A DNA stretch of 39,052 nt, from contig JASIEC010000140.1 in the NCBI GenBank assembly GCA_030046135.1, positions 1-39,052 on the forward strand, written 5' to 3'. The DNA is from Thermoplasmata archaeon (lineage in GTDB: Archaea > Thermoplasmatota > Thermoplasmata > Lutacidiplasmatales > UBA184). Under the pieces are notes generated by a model. That model made no database searches, was not told the origin of the DNA, and saw only the letters and a program-made list of their open reading frames with translations. Below, in pieces: positions 1 to 8,833 of this stretch (positions are counted from its first letter, which is position 1; every line of letters starts with the position of its first letter). A program made the translations under genes and the position numbers.

Positions 1-1413
1 GACTTCATCTGGGTCTTCTCGAACACGAGCCAGCTCCAGAACGGCTCGACCTCGGGGGCGTGGGGGGGCATCCCCGGGAGCCCCCCCGAGGCCGGGAACG
101 ACTCCCGCGAGGTCCAGGCCGTCGTCTGGGTCAACGTCACCCCGACCTCGAGCCTCGGCTCGGCCGCTGCCCAGCTCCAGGACCTCTTCGAGGGGCTCAT
201 GCTGAATCTTTCGGAGAGCCTCTCGAGCAACGCCACGCTTAGCGTGCCCAACTCGACCGGGTCGTCGACCCCCCCGCAAGGGACCCTGACCGATGCTTCG
301 GCCAACTGGACCGTGGCCAACGACATCGTCGGAGGGATCACCTCCGAACTCCCGACCCTCGGACTCCCCACGGTCGTGATGGCAACCCTCGCCAACGCGA
401 CGATCGCGAGCAACGGGTCGTACGGACCGCCTCGATACAACGCCACCCAAGCGAGCCCCTCGGGGTGGCAGCTGTGGAACACGATCACGGGGGTGGCGAC
501 GTGGGTCGTCGACGGCATCACGTACGTCGCCTCGGCGCTCTGGAGCGTGTCGGCCGGGGCGCAGGCATACCTCGGAGGCGCCTTGAAGGGGGCGTTGGCG
601 AGCGCGACTCACGGCCTAGAGAGGTTCGGCAGCCAGACCGGGGCCGCTCTCAAGGGGGTGGAGGGAGTGATGGAGTGGGCGTTGGAGCAGGCTGCGAGCG
701 TCATCGTGCAGCGCATCCTCAAGCCGGCCTTCCAGCCGCTCATCAATCTAGATATCGACTACACGGAGGCCGAGGCAAGCGCTCTCGTCACCCTCGACTC
801 GACGGCGTTTTGGTCCGGGTGGGGAGGTTCGCTTTTCATCCTTGCAATCGGTCTCGCGGCGGCAGTGACTATCGCCCTGGCCATAATACAAAATCTCTTC
901 CCGGGCGCTGCCTTGATCGCCCTGCTCATCGCAGGACTCGTAGTGTCAGGGAGCCAGATAGTTGCGAACAACCATCGTTCGGATTTCATCGGGCTGAACC
1001 CCCTGAGTGCACCAATCGTGACTCAGCTTCGGAGTATTCTACTTCCGGCTTCTGGGAGCGAGTTGGATACAGACCTGAGCGATTTGTCAGCCTTGCTGGG
1101 GGCCATTACGACCACGTGGGCCGTTGAGGGTGTTGAGACCGCCGCGACTCCGCCCCCGATTCCGCTTCGGACCGACGCCTGGGGAAGTGCGTTAGGGATA
1201 ATGGCCCTACTCACCGCGAGCGCGGCTCAAACTCTTGAATCCGTGGGCGCGGCGGTGGTCTCGTTGGTGTTCGACGTTGCGAGCCTGATTGTAGATAGTG
1301 TCGCGCTGCTCTCTCCGACGGCGGACTATCTACAAGATGGAGTGACCCTCCTTCTTGACGCGGCGGCGGCGGGCCTTGATGCGAGGGTCGCTCTGGACCC
1401 TGGGGCTTGGTGA
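1..1413 (+). CDS. Surface/membrane protein rich in N-glycosylation sequons; 5' end lies outside the window; family not recognised
   Basis: Frame +1 is open from nt 1 into track ORF 199..1413. There are 11 N-x-S/T sequons in the first ~150 aa (NTS, NGS, NDS, NVT, NLS, NAT, NST, NWT, NAT, NGS, NAT). The C-terminal half has TM-like hydrophobic runs (FILAIGLAAAVTIALAII, AALIALLIAGLVV). Stop is TGA at 1411-1413. Confidence 0.6.
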   Translation, partial: DFIWVFSNTSQLQNGSTSGAWGGIPGSPPEAGNDSREVQAVVWVNVTPTSSLGSAAAQLQDLFEGLMLNLSESLSSNATLSVPNSTGSSTPPQGTLTDASANWTVANDIVGGITSELPTLGLPTVVMATLANATIASNGSYGPPRYNATQASPSGWQLWNTITGVATWVVDGITYVASALWSVSAGAQAYLGGALKGALASATHGLERFGSQTGAALKGVEGVMEWALEQAASVIVQRILKPAFQPLINLDIDYTEAEASALVTLDSTAFWSGWGGSLFILAIGLAAAVTIALAIIQNLFPGAALIALLIAGLVVSGSQIVANNHRSDFIGLNPLSAPIVTQLRSILLPASGSELDTDLSDLSALLGAITTTWAVEGVETAATPPPIPLRTDAWGSALGIMALLTASAAQTLESVGAAVVSLVFDVASLIVDSVALLSPTADYLQDGVTLLLDAAAAGLDARVALDPGAW

Positions 1414-1420
1414 GGCTCCC

Positions 1421-1945
1421 ATGAGATGCGATCTTACGGGAGCGGAAACACGGGAAGGGGTCCGAACATGGCAGAGGCTGCGATGGGTGGGAGTGAGTCT
1501 GATCGTCGTGTTTGGCGCCGTAGGCGTTTGGGGGGTCGATCGATACTATATCGTTCCACTACCGTTGGCTAACCTCGCCGTGGGCCTCACTCCGGCTATC
1601 GCGTTCGTGGGGTTCGGTAGTTTTCTACTCCTGACGTTCCGCGGGGCCGCGCTGTCCTTGGATATTGGCGAGAACGGGTTCGCCTTCGAATACCCTGGCG
1701 GTCGCGAGTGGCGAGGTGCTTGGGGAGATTCGGCTCTATGCCTCCGCCTCGGTCGAGTAGCCCCTAGCGACGGGAGCCCACCGCGAATTCTTTTGGTTGG
1801 TCGGTTCTATGAACGGGCATTGCTCACCCGGGATGCGGCTGATGTGCTGGTCCGTGAAGCCTCGGCCCACGGGTTTCGTGTCCTTGAGAGTCCCCCCGCC
1901 ACTCGCCGCAACTCCATCGTGAGGACGACGACCATTACGAAGTGA
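1421..1945 (+). CDS. Hypothetical 2-TM membrane protein with a soluble C-terminal domain
   Basis: Track ORF 1355..1945 starts at TTG. The ATG at 1421 is preceded by the SD-like GGTGAGG (1409-1415) that overlaps the upstream stop. Two hydrophobic helices are present (VGVSLIVVFGAVGVWGV, LAVGLTPAIAFVGFGSFLLLTF). ATG 1379 is an alternative start. Confidence 0.55.
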   Translation: MRCDLTGAETREGVRTWQRLRWVGVSLIVVFGAVGVWGVDRYYIVPLPLANLAVGLTPAIAFVGFGSFLLLTFRGAALSLDIGENGFAFEYPGGREWRGAWGDSALCLRLGRVAPSDGSPPRILLVGRFYERALLTRDAADVLVREASAHGFRVLESPPATRRNSIVRTTTITK

Positions 1946-2270
1946 GGCAATTTCGGTCCACTTCTGTCCGCCACGAGACGGGGGCCCTTGTAGGATCTGC
2001 GGCGTACTGGTGCGTCGCCGCACTTGCTCAGGACCTTAGAGTGAACCCATGATGGCGACTCCAGCCATCCGACCGAAGGTCCCGCCCACGTGCGGTCTCC
2101 CTTCCTCGTCTCCCCCCTCGGGCAGGCCCTCCTCAACAGCTCCAACGCCTCGATCAATGTCTCCGAGATCCACGGACCCGGAGGCTCTGACGTGAGCTTC
2201 GACCCCCAGCTCTGGGCGAACCGGACCCTCAACTCCGGCGACAATCTCCCCACCGACTCCAACCCGGAGT

Positions 2271-3830
2271 TCAGCCGGGTAGGGGGACTAGAGCGGCCAG
2301 CAGAGCCGCCCCGTTGGGCGTCCCGAGGCCCGTGCAGGCATCCCACCCCGGACCGGCGCGGTAGTACCCGTTGGACCCGACCGTGATGTCATGGAACGTG
2401 GCGGCGACCGCTGCGGCGTAGAGGTCGAGCGCCACGTACCCGGCGTTCCTCCCCCGGGCCTCGTTGATCCGGGCAAGGAGCGCGGCCCAGAGCGGGGCCA
2501 CGGCGCTCGTCCCGCCGAGGACCTCCGAGGTCCCGTCGACCCGGACCGAGTAGCCGGTCTCGGGGTCGGCGTCCCCCGCGACGTCCGGTACGCCGCGCCC
2601 TACGAACCCGTTCGGAGCTGTCGGCACCGCGTCGGTCGCCTGGAACTCCGGTCGGGGGAAGACGACGCTGACGCCGCCTCCCGTCGCCCCCTCCCCTTCG
2701 GCGAGATCGTTCCACACCACCTCGGAACCGATCCCTCCCGAGACGATCGAGAGCCGCGTGCCGCCGCAACCGAGGACGTGGGGTCCCGAGGCCGGGAAGT
2801 CCACCGCGAGCGTGGTCCCCGGCTCGCCGTCCCCGGCCCCCTGGTCCCCGGCGGCGGCGAGGACCGTCGTGCCGAGGCTTGCCGCATCCTCCGCCGCGGC
2901 GTCGAGGGCGGCCCGAGCCTGCGCCGTCCAGGAGGGTTCGGGTCCTCCCCAGCTGACGGAGATCACCGACGGACGGTTCGTGGTGTCCTGCGCGGCGGTG
3001 GTGAGCGCATCGAGGAATCCCTGGTCCGTGTTCGGCGCAAAGTAGACGACAAGGCGGGCGCCCGGTGCGAGAGAACCCGCCATCTCGAGATCCAGATCCA
3101 CCTCCGCGTCCGGTCCGTTCGGAGAGCCGGTCGGGGCGTTCGTGCCGCCATCGACCGACACACTCGTCACCTCGGGGATAGGGAGGTCGAGCCCTTCGAA
3201 GTACGCCGCGAGGTCCGCGGCGGTGTATCCTCCGCCGAACTCCAACAGCCCGATGCACTGGCCGCGTCCGGTCGCGCCGCTCGGGAAGGAGTACGCTCGG
3301 GCGACCTCGAGCGGGGTGTAGGCGGGGAGCGCGGCGGCGGAGGGGGCCCGCCTGCGGAGATGGGGCCGCGCCTGGGGTCGATCGTCGAGGCCGAAGACGC
3401 CCTGAACGACCCCCTCGAGCTCCCGTGGCACTCGAACACCTCCGACCCGCCCGCGGTACGTTCCGCCGACGAACGCGTACCGCCGGAGCCGAACGCTGAA
3501 CGCCGACTCGACGGCGCGGGCGGGACCGGCGAGGCGTACGGAGCGTCGTGGACGGCTTTCCTCCAGGACCTCGAGTCCGGCCCGGCCGGCGAAATCGCGC
3601 ACGAGGCGGAGGTCTCCCGAGCGAGCGCCGTGGGTCCGTTCGAACTCCTCCCGAGAGAGGAACACGCCACGTCGGGAGGGGATCGGACCGGGCCCGGGCG
3701 CGGACCCTCGACGAAGGAAGATCGTCACCTCAAGCCGGCTCGCGGGGACGACGGCGCCGAGCTCCCGTGCCCCGGCCAGCGGATGCCTCTCGCTCCCGGG
3801 TACGAGGGCCCCAACTTCGCTTCCTGACAT
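2271..3830 (-). CDS. S53 (sedolisin/kumamolisin-like) serine-carboxyl peptidase with pro-domain
   Basis: 519 aa. The N-terminal part resembles the pro-kumamolisin activation domain (RLEVTIFLRR, GVFGLDDRPQARPHLR). The catalytic domain has EVDLDLEMAG, SVSWGGPE and the active-site serine motif GGTSAVAPLWAALLARIN. Confidence 0.9.
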   Translation of the reverse strand: MSGSEVGALVPGSERHPLAGARELGAVVPASRLEVTIFLRRGSAPGPGPIPSRRGVFLSREEFERTHGARSGDLRLVRDFAGRAGLEVLEESRPRRSVRLAGPARAVESAFSVRLRRYAFVGGTYRGRVGGVRVPRELEGVVQGVFGLDDRPQARPHLRRRAPSAAALPAYTPLEVARAYSFPSGATGRGQCIGLLEFGGGYTAADLAAYFEGLDLPIPEVTSVSVDGGTNAPTGSPNGPDAEVDLDLEMAGSLAPGARLVVYFAPNTDQGFLDALTTAAQDTTNRPSVISVSWGGPEPSWTAQARAALDAAAEDAASLGTTVLAAAGDQGAGDGEPGTTLAVDFPASGPHVLGCGGTRLSIVSGGIGSEVVWNDLAEGEGATGGGVSVVFPRPEFQATDAVPTAPNGFVGRGVPDVAGDADPETGYSVRVDGTSEVLGGTSAVAPLWAALLARINEARGRNAGYVALDLYAAAVAATFHDITVGSNGYYRAGPGWDACTGLGTPNGAALLAALVPLPG

Positions 3831-3966
3831 CGCCCTCTCGAAGACCCACCGTGCCGGGCCTCGGCCGCGGCGAGGAATCTCAAGGGAGCCGCGCCTTTGA
3901 CGCTAGCCCCGATCGGCTTGCTCGAGCTCGCGGACGCGCGCCCGTCCGTCGCTCGAAGAAGGGGTA

Positions 3967-4437
3967 ATGAGAGCGGTCGACTCGTCGCGCGCCGTGCCCG
4001 CGGGGTCCCGCGCCGTCGTCGTCGAGCGGGTGGAGGGGGCGCCCTCGATCCCGCTCCCCTCGCGCGCGACCCGAGGCTCGGCATGCTTCGACCTCGCCGC
4101 CGCCGAAGCCGTCGACCTCGTCCGGGACAAGGTCGTCCTCGTGCGCACCGGCTTCAAGTTCCGCTGCCCGAGCGGGACGTTCCTCGAGGTCCGGCCCCGG
4201 AGCGGCCTCTCGAGCCGGGGCGTGCTCATGGTGAACGCTCCGGGGACGATCGATGCCGACTACTCGAACGAGGTGCGGGTGCCGCTGATGTACCTCTTCG
4301 AGGGGACGTACCGGATCGAGGTCGGCGACCGGATCGGGCAGCTCCGGCTCGTCGGCGACACCTCGCCCCGGTTCCGGGAGGGGCGCGTTCCGCCCGTCCC
4401 CTCGCGGCAGGGCGGGTTCGGCAGTACGGGCCGCTAG
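3967..4437 (+). CDS. dut: dUTP diphosphatase
   Basis: 156 aa with dUTPase motifs: SRATRGSACFDL, RPRSGLS, GTIDADY, and C-terminal GGFGSTGR. Confidence 0.9.
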   Translation: MRAVDSSRAVPAGSRAVVVERVEGAPSIPLPSRATRGSACFDLAAAEAVDLVRDKVVLVRTGFKFRCPSGTFLEVRPRSGLSSRGVLMVNAPGTIDADYSNEVRVPLMYLFEGTYRIEVGDRIGQLRLVGDTSPRFREGRVPPVPSRQGGFGSTGR

Positions 4438-6038
4438 CGGAACTCGGAGAGGAGCTTCTGCGTCCGCCGGGCGGACGGCGGGTTCGGGGGCCGGCCCCGG
4501 AGCGCCTCCTCCTGGACCTGCTCGAGGAGCTCGTGCATCCTCCGCTCGCGGGCTCCCGAGGCGCGATGGAGCCCGACGTCCCGGGTCCCCTCCGCGACCA
4601 GGACGACGACCCGGCCGGCGGTAGCGCGGCCGGTCCGTCCCCGCCGCTGGATCGTCCGGATCACGTCGGGGATCGGCTCGTAGAACACCACGAGATCGGT
4701 CGCGGGGATGTCGAGCCCCTCCTCGGCAACGGACGTCGCGACGAGGCAGTTGATCCCCCCGGAGCGGAACCGGTCGAGGAGGGCGACCTGTTCCTTCTGG
4801 CTGAGTCCCGGCTCCGAGCCGTGCGTCGCCTGGCCGACGAACCGCGACGCCCGGACCTCGGGGTCGCCGAGGCGGTCGAGCTCCTCGACCAGCCGGTCGA
4901 CGGTGCTGCGGTACTGCGAGAAGACGATCACCCGCGCTCCCGGGCCCCGATGCAGCTCGTCGCGCACGAGCCGGGCGGCGGTCGCGACCTTGGGCAGCTC
5001 GACCGTGAGCCCGTCGAGCCGCCGGCGGACCTCCTCGACGTCCGGGTCCCGGAGGAACGCGCGGAGCGCGGGCGTCCACCGGCCCCCCGGGGGCGGGACC
5101 TGCCGGCCGAGGAACTCGCGGAGCGCGTCGACCCCCTGGCTCTCGATCAGCTCGAGGGCGTGGTACTCCTTCATCGCGACCGCCTGGGCCGTGACGGCCT
5201 GCCAGAGCGGGCCCGACGACGGGCCCGGATCCGCCCGTTCGGCCCGAAGCTGCCGGTGCAACCGCTCGCCGATCTCGAGGAGCGCCCGGCGGCCCGGGTC
5301 CTGCGAGTCGGTCACGCCGAGGCGGTGCAGGAGCTCACCCTGCCGGCCGACCGCCGTGCGGAGGAGGCCCGCGAGCGCTCGGACCTCGGGCGGGACCGCG
5401 ACGACGAGCGGCTCGACCCCGATGCCGTGGAGGTACGGGCTGACGTCGGGGCTCTGGTCGGTCCGGTACTCGAACCGCTCGATCCCGAGGTTCGTCCAGA
5501 CCTCCCGGATGCGGCCGAGGGTACCGCCCGGCGAGGCGGTCATCCCGAGCACCCGCGCGTTCGGGCCCGCGCGGTTCGCCCGACCGATCGCGACGTACGG
5601 ATAGTCGCCGACCGCCCGGTGCGCCTCGTCGAAGACGAGGAGCGAAAAGCTCGCGAGCGGGAACCGTCCTGCGGCGAGGTCGTTCCCGACAACCTGCGGG
5701 GTCGCGAGAACGACCTGCGGCGGCGCGAGGAGCGCCTCGCGCTTCGCCGGGGAGATCGCGCCCGTGAGCGTCAGCGGCTCGGCCGAGAAGATCGATCGCG
5801 CGACCGAGCGGGCGTGCTGGACGACGAGGGGGCGCGTGGGCGCGAGGAAGAGGACGGAGTCCTTCGGCCGCCGGCGCAGTGCCTCGGCGAGCACGAGGAG
5901 GGCGATCGACGTCTTCCCGAGCCCCGTCGGGAGAACGACCAGCGTGTTGTGCTCGACGGCGCTCTCGGCGATCGCCCGCTGGTACGCCCGGTCCTCGAGG
6001 ACCCCCGGGCGGACCCGCGGGTGCTCGACGGTGCCCAT
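4434..6038 (-). CDS. hef: Hef/FANCM-family SF2 helicase, helicase module only (no ERCC4 nuclease domain)
   Basis: This is the true part of track ORF 4434..7289 and starts at ATG 6038 (MGTVEHPRVRPGVLEDRAYQ). Motifs seen: I PTGLGKT, II FDEAH, a helical insertion domain between the RecA lobes, and VI QRRGRTGR. The protein ends ~60 aa after motif VI. Confidence 0.85.
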   Translation of the reverse strand: MGTVEHPRVRPGVLEDRAYQRAIAESAVEHNTLVVLPTGLGKTSIALLVLAEALRRRPKDSVLFLAPTRPLVVQHARSVARSIFSAEPLTLTGAISPAKREALLAPPQVVLATPQVVGNDLAAGRFPLASFSLLVFDEAHRAVGDYPYVAIGRANRAGPNARVLGMTASPGGTLGRIREVWTNLGIERFEYRTDQSPDVSPYLHGIGVEPLVVAVPPEVRALAGLLRTAVGRQGELLHRLGVTDSQDPGRRALLEIGERLHRQLRAERADPGPSSGPLWQAVTAQAVAMKEYHALELIESQGVDALREFLGRQVPPPGGRWTPALRAFLRDPDVEEVRRRLDGLTVELPKVATAARLVRDELHRGPGARVIVFSQYRSTVDRLVEELDRLGDPEVRASRFVGQATHGSEPGLSQKEQVALLDRFRSGGINCLVATSVAEEGLDIPATDLVVFYEPIPDVIRTIQRRGRTGRATAGRVVVLVAEGTRDVGLHRASGARERRMHELLEQVQEEALRGRPPNPPSARRTQKLLSEFR

Positions 6039-6072
6039 CGCCCCGGTCCCGGGCCCTCGGAGCGACTGGGCC

Positions 6073-6079
6073 TTTATTA
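6073..6079. promoter_or_regulatory. TATA-like TTTATTA in the 60-nt divergent hef / glycosyltransferase spacer
   Basis: It is the only AT-rich element between ATG 6038 (minus) and ATG 6099 (plus). It lies 34 nt from the hef start and 19 nt from the GT2 start. Confidence 0.45.
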
Positions 6080-6098
6080 GAGGGGGTTTGCGGGAGGG

Positions 6099-7241
6099 AT
6101 GCTCGTCGCGCTTCTCGAGGGAGCCGCCGCCCTCGGGGCGATCGTCGCCGTCGTCTTCCAAGGGTGGGCGATCCTCCTCGCCTACGAGATGCCCCGGCTC
6201 GGGGCGGACCCCCCGGCTCCGCCGGGGAGCCCTGCGCCGGCCGTGAGCGTCGTCATCGCGGCCCGCAACGAGGCGGAGGAGCTCGCGGCGACGCTCGACT
6301 CGGTGCTGGCGCAGGAGGGGATCGACCTCGAGGTGGTCGTCGTCGACGGCGGATCGACCGACGGGAGTCGCGCGGTGGTCGAGGCGAGGGCGGGCCGGGT
6401 CCGGGGCCTCGACGAACCGCCGCTCCCCGAGGGGTGGGTGGGGAAGACCTGGGCGTGCTGGACGGGCGCCCGGAGCACCTCCGCGGAGTGGCTCCTCTTC
6501 CTGGACGCCGACGTCCGGCTCGCGCCGGCGGCCGTACGGACACTGGTCGCGTGGGCGTCCCGGGAGGGCGCGACCGTGGCCTCGGTCGCCCCCCGGGTCG
6601 AGATGGACCGGGCGTGGGAGCGGATCGTCCTCCCGTTCTACGTTCAGATGGTGCTCACGTACTTCCGGGCCCCGCACGCGAACCGGCCGCACTCGCGCGC
6701 CGCGATCGCCAACGGCCAGTGCTGGCTCGTCCGCCGGGCCGATTACGTCGCGCTCGGAGGCCACGAGGCGGTCCGCGCGGACGTGCTCGAGGACGTGGCG
6801 ATCGCCCGGAGGGTCCGGGCGACGGGAGGGACCCTCAGGTTCGCCTGGGCCCCGACCCTCGCCTCCACCCGGATGTACCGAACGCGCTCGGAGATGTTCG
6901 AGGGGATCCTCAAGAACATCCACGACACCCGCTACTCCGCGATCCGCCAGGTCGGCTTCCTCGCCGCCCTCGTGGGCTTCTTCTGGCTCCCGCTCGCCGT
7001 GCTGCCGGTCGGCGTTCTCGTCGGGAGCACCGGGCTCACGGCCCTTGGGGCGTTCGTCGCCCTCGCGTGCTTCGGAAAGCACGTGGCGTTCTCCCGGGCC
7101 ACCGGCGCCCCCCCCGCCTACGGTCTCCTCTACCCCGTCGCGGTGGGGTTCTACGTCGTGGCGGTCCTGACGTCGATCGCCCGGGGATCGGCGGGGGCGG
7201 CGATCCGCTGGAAAGGTCGGAGCTACCCGATCCGCCGGTGA
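6099..7241 (+). CDS. Membrane-bound family 2 glycosyltransferase
   Basis: 380 aa. It has an N-terminal TM helix, the GT2 core VSVVIAARNEAEEL...VVVVDGGSTDGS, the DxD-like FLDADV, a QCWLVRR (QxxRW-like) motif and several C-terminal TM helices. Confidence 0.85.
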   Translation: MLVALLEGAAALGAIVAVVFQGWAILLAYEMPRLGADPPAPPGSPAPAVSVVIAARNEAEELAATLDSVLAQEGIDLEVVVVDGGSTDGSRAVVEARAGRVRGLDEPPLPEGWVGKTWACWTGARSTSAEWLLFLDADVRLAPAAVRTLVAWASREGATVASVAPRVEMDRAWERIVLPFYVQMVLTYFRAPHANRPHSRAAIANGQCWLVRRADYVALGGHEAVRADVLEDVAIARRVRATGGTLRFAWAPTLASTRMYRTRSEMFEGILKNIHDTRYSAIRQVGFLAALVGFFWLPLAVLPVGVLVGSTGLTALGAFVALACFGKHVAFSRATGAPPAYGLLYPVAVGFYVVAVLTSIARGSAGAAIRWKGRSYPIRR

Positions 7242-7257
7242 CGCCCGGCCCGAACCG

Positions 7258-7264
7258 CTAAGTG
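7258..7264 (+). promoter_or_regulatory. TATA-like GCTAAGT upstream of the aldehyde dehydrogenase gene
   Basis: An AT-rich heptamer in GC-rich context, centred ~27 nt upstream of ATG 7288. Confidence 0.4.
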
Positions 7265-7287
7265 CGCGGCGTCGTTCGAGCGGGCGC

Positions 7288-8760
7288 ATGAGCTCCGAGG
7301 CAACCTACGGGCTCCTGATCGGCAGCCGCGAGGAGCCCGGCCACCGGGCCGAGCGACGGCCGGTCCTCGACCCGGCGACCAACCGCCCGTTCGCGGAGGT
7401 CGCCGTGGGGGACGCCGACGACGCGCGGGCCGCGATGGAGTCGGCCGAGCGCGCGCTCGGCGAGTCGTTCTGGGCGAGCGACGACGGGGGGAAGCGGGCG
7501 AAGGTGCTCCTCCGGCTCGCGGGTCGCCTCGAGGAGCAGCAGGAGGCGTTCGCGCGGCTCGAGACCCAGAACATGGGCAAGCCGCTCCGGGAGTCCCGGA
7601 TCGACATCGGGTTCGTCGTGCGGACCCTCGAGTACGTCGCGGGCCTCGCGGACAAGATCCAGGGGGAGACGATCCCCGTCCCCGGCAACCGCCTGGACTA
7701 CACGACGCGCGAGCCCCTCGGCGTCACGGTGCACATCGCTCCCTGGAACTACCCTCTCCTGCTGTCGATCCGCTCGGTCGGCCCCGCGCTCGCCGCGGGG
7801 AACGCCGCCGTCCTGAAGCCGGCGAGCCTCACCCCGCTGACGGCGATCGCGTTCGGGCGGCTCGCCCGCGACGCGGGGGTTCCGGACGGGATCCTCAGCG
7901 TGGTGAGCGGTCCGGGGGCGACGGTCGGCCCCGCCCTCGTCCGCGACCCGAGGTGCGCCGCGGTGTCGTTCACGGGGAGCGCCGACGCGGGGATCGCGAT
8001 CGCCGAGATCGCGGCCCGCCGCGTCGTGCCGGCGACGCTCGAGCTCGGCGGGAAGAGCCCCGTCGTCGTCTTCCCGGACGCCGACCTCGATCGGGCGGCG
8101 CGCGGGATCGCCTTCGGGATCTTCGGGAACGCGGGGCAGATGTGCTGGGCCGCCTCCCGCCTCATCGTCCACGCCTCCGTTCGGGAGCGCCTCGTCGAGA
8201 AGGTCCGGACGATCGCCCAGGCGCTCAAGCTCGGGCCGGGAACGGCGGAGGGGGTGGAGATGGGGCCGGTCGCCTCGCGCGACCAGGAGGCCCGGGTCCT
8301 CGGGTACATCGAGCGGGCCCGCCAGGACGGTGGGACGATCGTCGTCGGCGGCACGAAGGCGGGGGACCCCGCGCTCGCGGACGGGAACTTCGTCCTCCCC
8401 ACGGTCGTCACCGGGCTCCCGAGCTCCTCGAGCGCGGTCCAGGACGAGATCTTCGGGCCCGTCCTCTCCGCCTTCGAGTTCCAGGACCTCGACGAGGCGG
8501 TCCGGATCGCCAACGACACGCGCTACGGCCTCTACGCCGCGGTCTGGTCGAAGGACCTCGCGACGGCCCACACCGCGGCCCGACGGCTCGCCGCCGGGAT
8601 GGTCTCGATCAACGAGGCCCCGATCACGTTCCCCCAGACCCCGTTCGCGGGGTTCAAGGAGAGCGGCCTCGGGTTCGAGCAGGGGGTACGCTCGGCGGAG
8701 TCGTACACCCGCCGCAAGAACGTCGTCGTGAACCTGGGCTCGGCGAAGCCGAAATCCTAG
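7288..8760 (+). CDS. NAD(P)+-dependent aldehyde dehydrogenase
   Basis: 490 aa with ALDH hallmarks: HIAPWNYPL, FTGS, ELGGKSP, catalytic Cys context GNAGQMCWAASR, and EIFGPV. Confidence 0.9.
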   Translation: MSSEATYGLLIGSREEPGHRAERRPVLDPATNRPFAEVAVGDADDARAAMESAERALGESFWASDDGGKRAKVLLRLAGRLEEQQEAFARLETQNMGKPLRESRIDIGFVVRTLEYVAGLADKIQGETIPVPGNRLDYTTREPLGVTVHIAPWNYPLLLSIRSVGPALAAGNAAVLKPASLTPLTAIAFGRLARDAGVPDGILSVVSGPGATVGPALVRDPRCAAVSFTGSADAGIAIAEIAARRVVPATLELGGKSPVVVFPDADLDRAARGIAFGIFGNAGQMCWAASRLIVHASVRERLVEKVRTIAQALKLGPGTAEGVEMGPVASRDQEARVLGYIERARQDGGTIVVGGTKAGDPALADGNFVLPTVVTGLPSSSSAVQDEIFGPVLSAFEFQDLDEAVRIANDTRYGLYAAVWSKDLATAHTAARRLAAGMVSINEAPITFPQTPFAGFKESGLGFEQGVRSAESYTRRKNVVVNLGSAKPKS

Positions 8761-8833
8761 TCTCCGGACGCCCCGGGGGGCCGCTCGTTCGTACGAAACC
8801 CCCAAAGAACCCCCTCCGGGTTTCGGGGGGACC

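Noticed and set aside
2258-2275. A PEF tripeptide near the end of ORF 2090..2386 as a PEF-CTERM archaeosortase signal
   Set aside because: A sorting signal needs a hydrophobic helix and a basic tail after the motif. Here PEF is followed by SRVGGLERPAEPP, which is not hydrophobic.
3897-6080. 727-aa plus-strand ORF (and 3880..5079 on the minus strand) overlapping dut and hef
   Set aside because: Shadow composition. dut and hef motifs occupy other frames or the other strand.
6039-7289. Upstream extension of the hef ORF (track 4434..7289, 951 aa)
   Set aside because: The extension is antisense to the well-supported GT2 gene and is RPG-rich. Helicase homology begins at the Met at 6038 (MGTVEHP...), which has a TATA-like box upstream.
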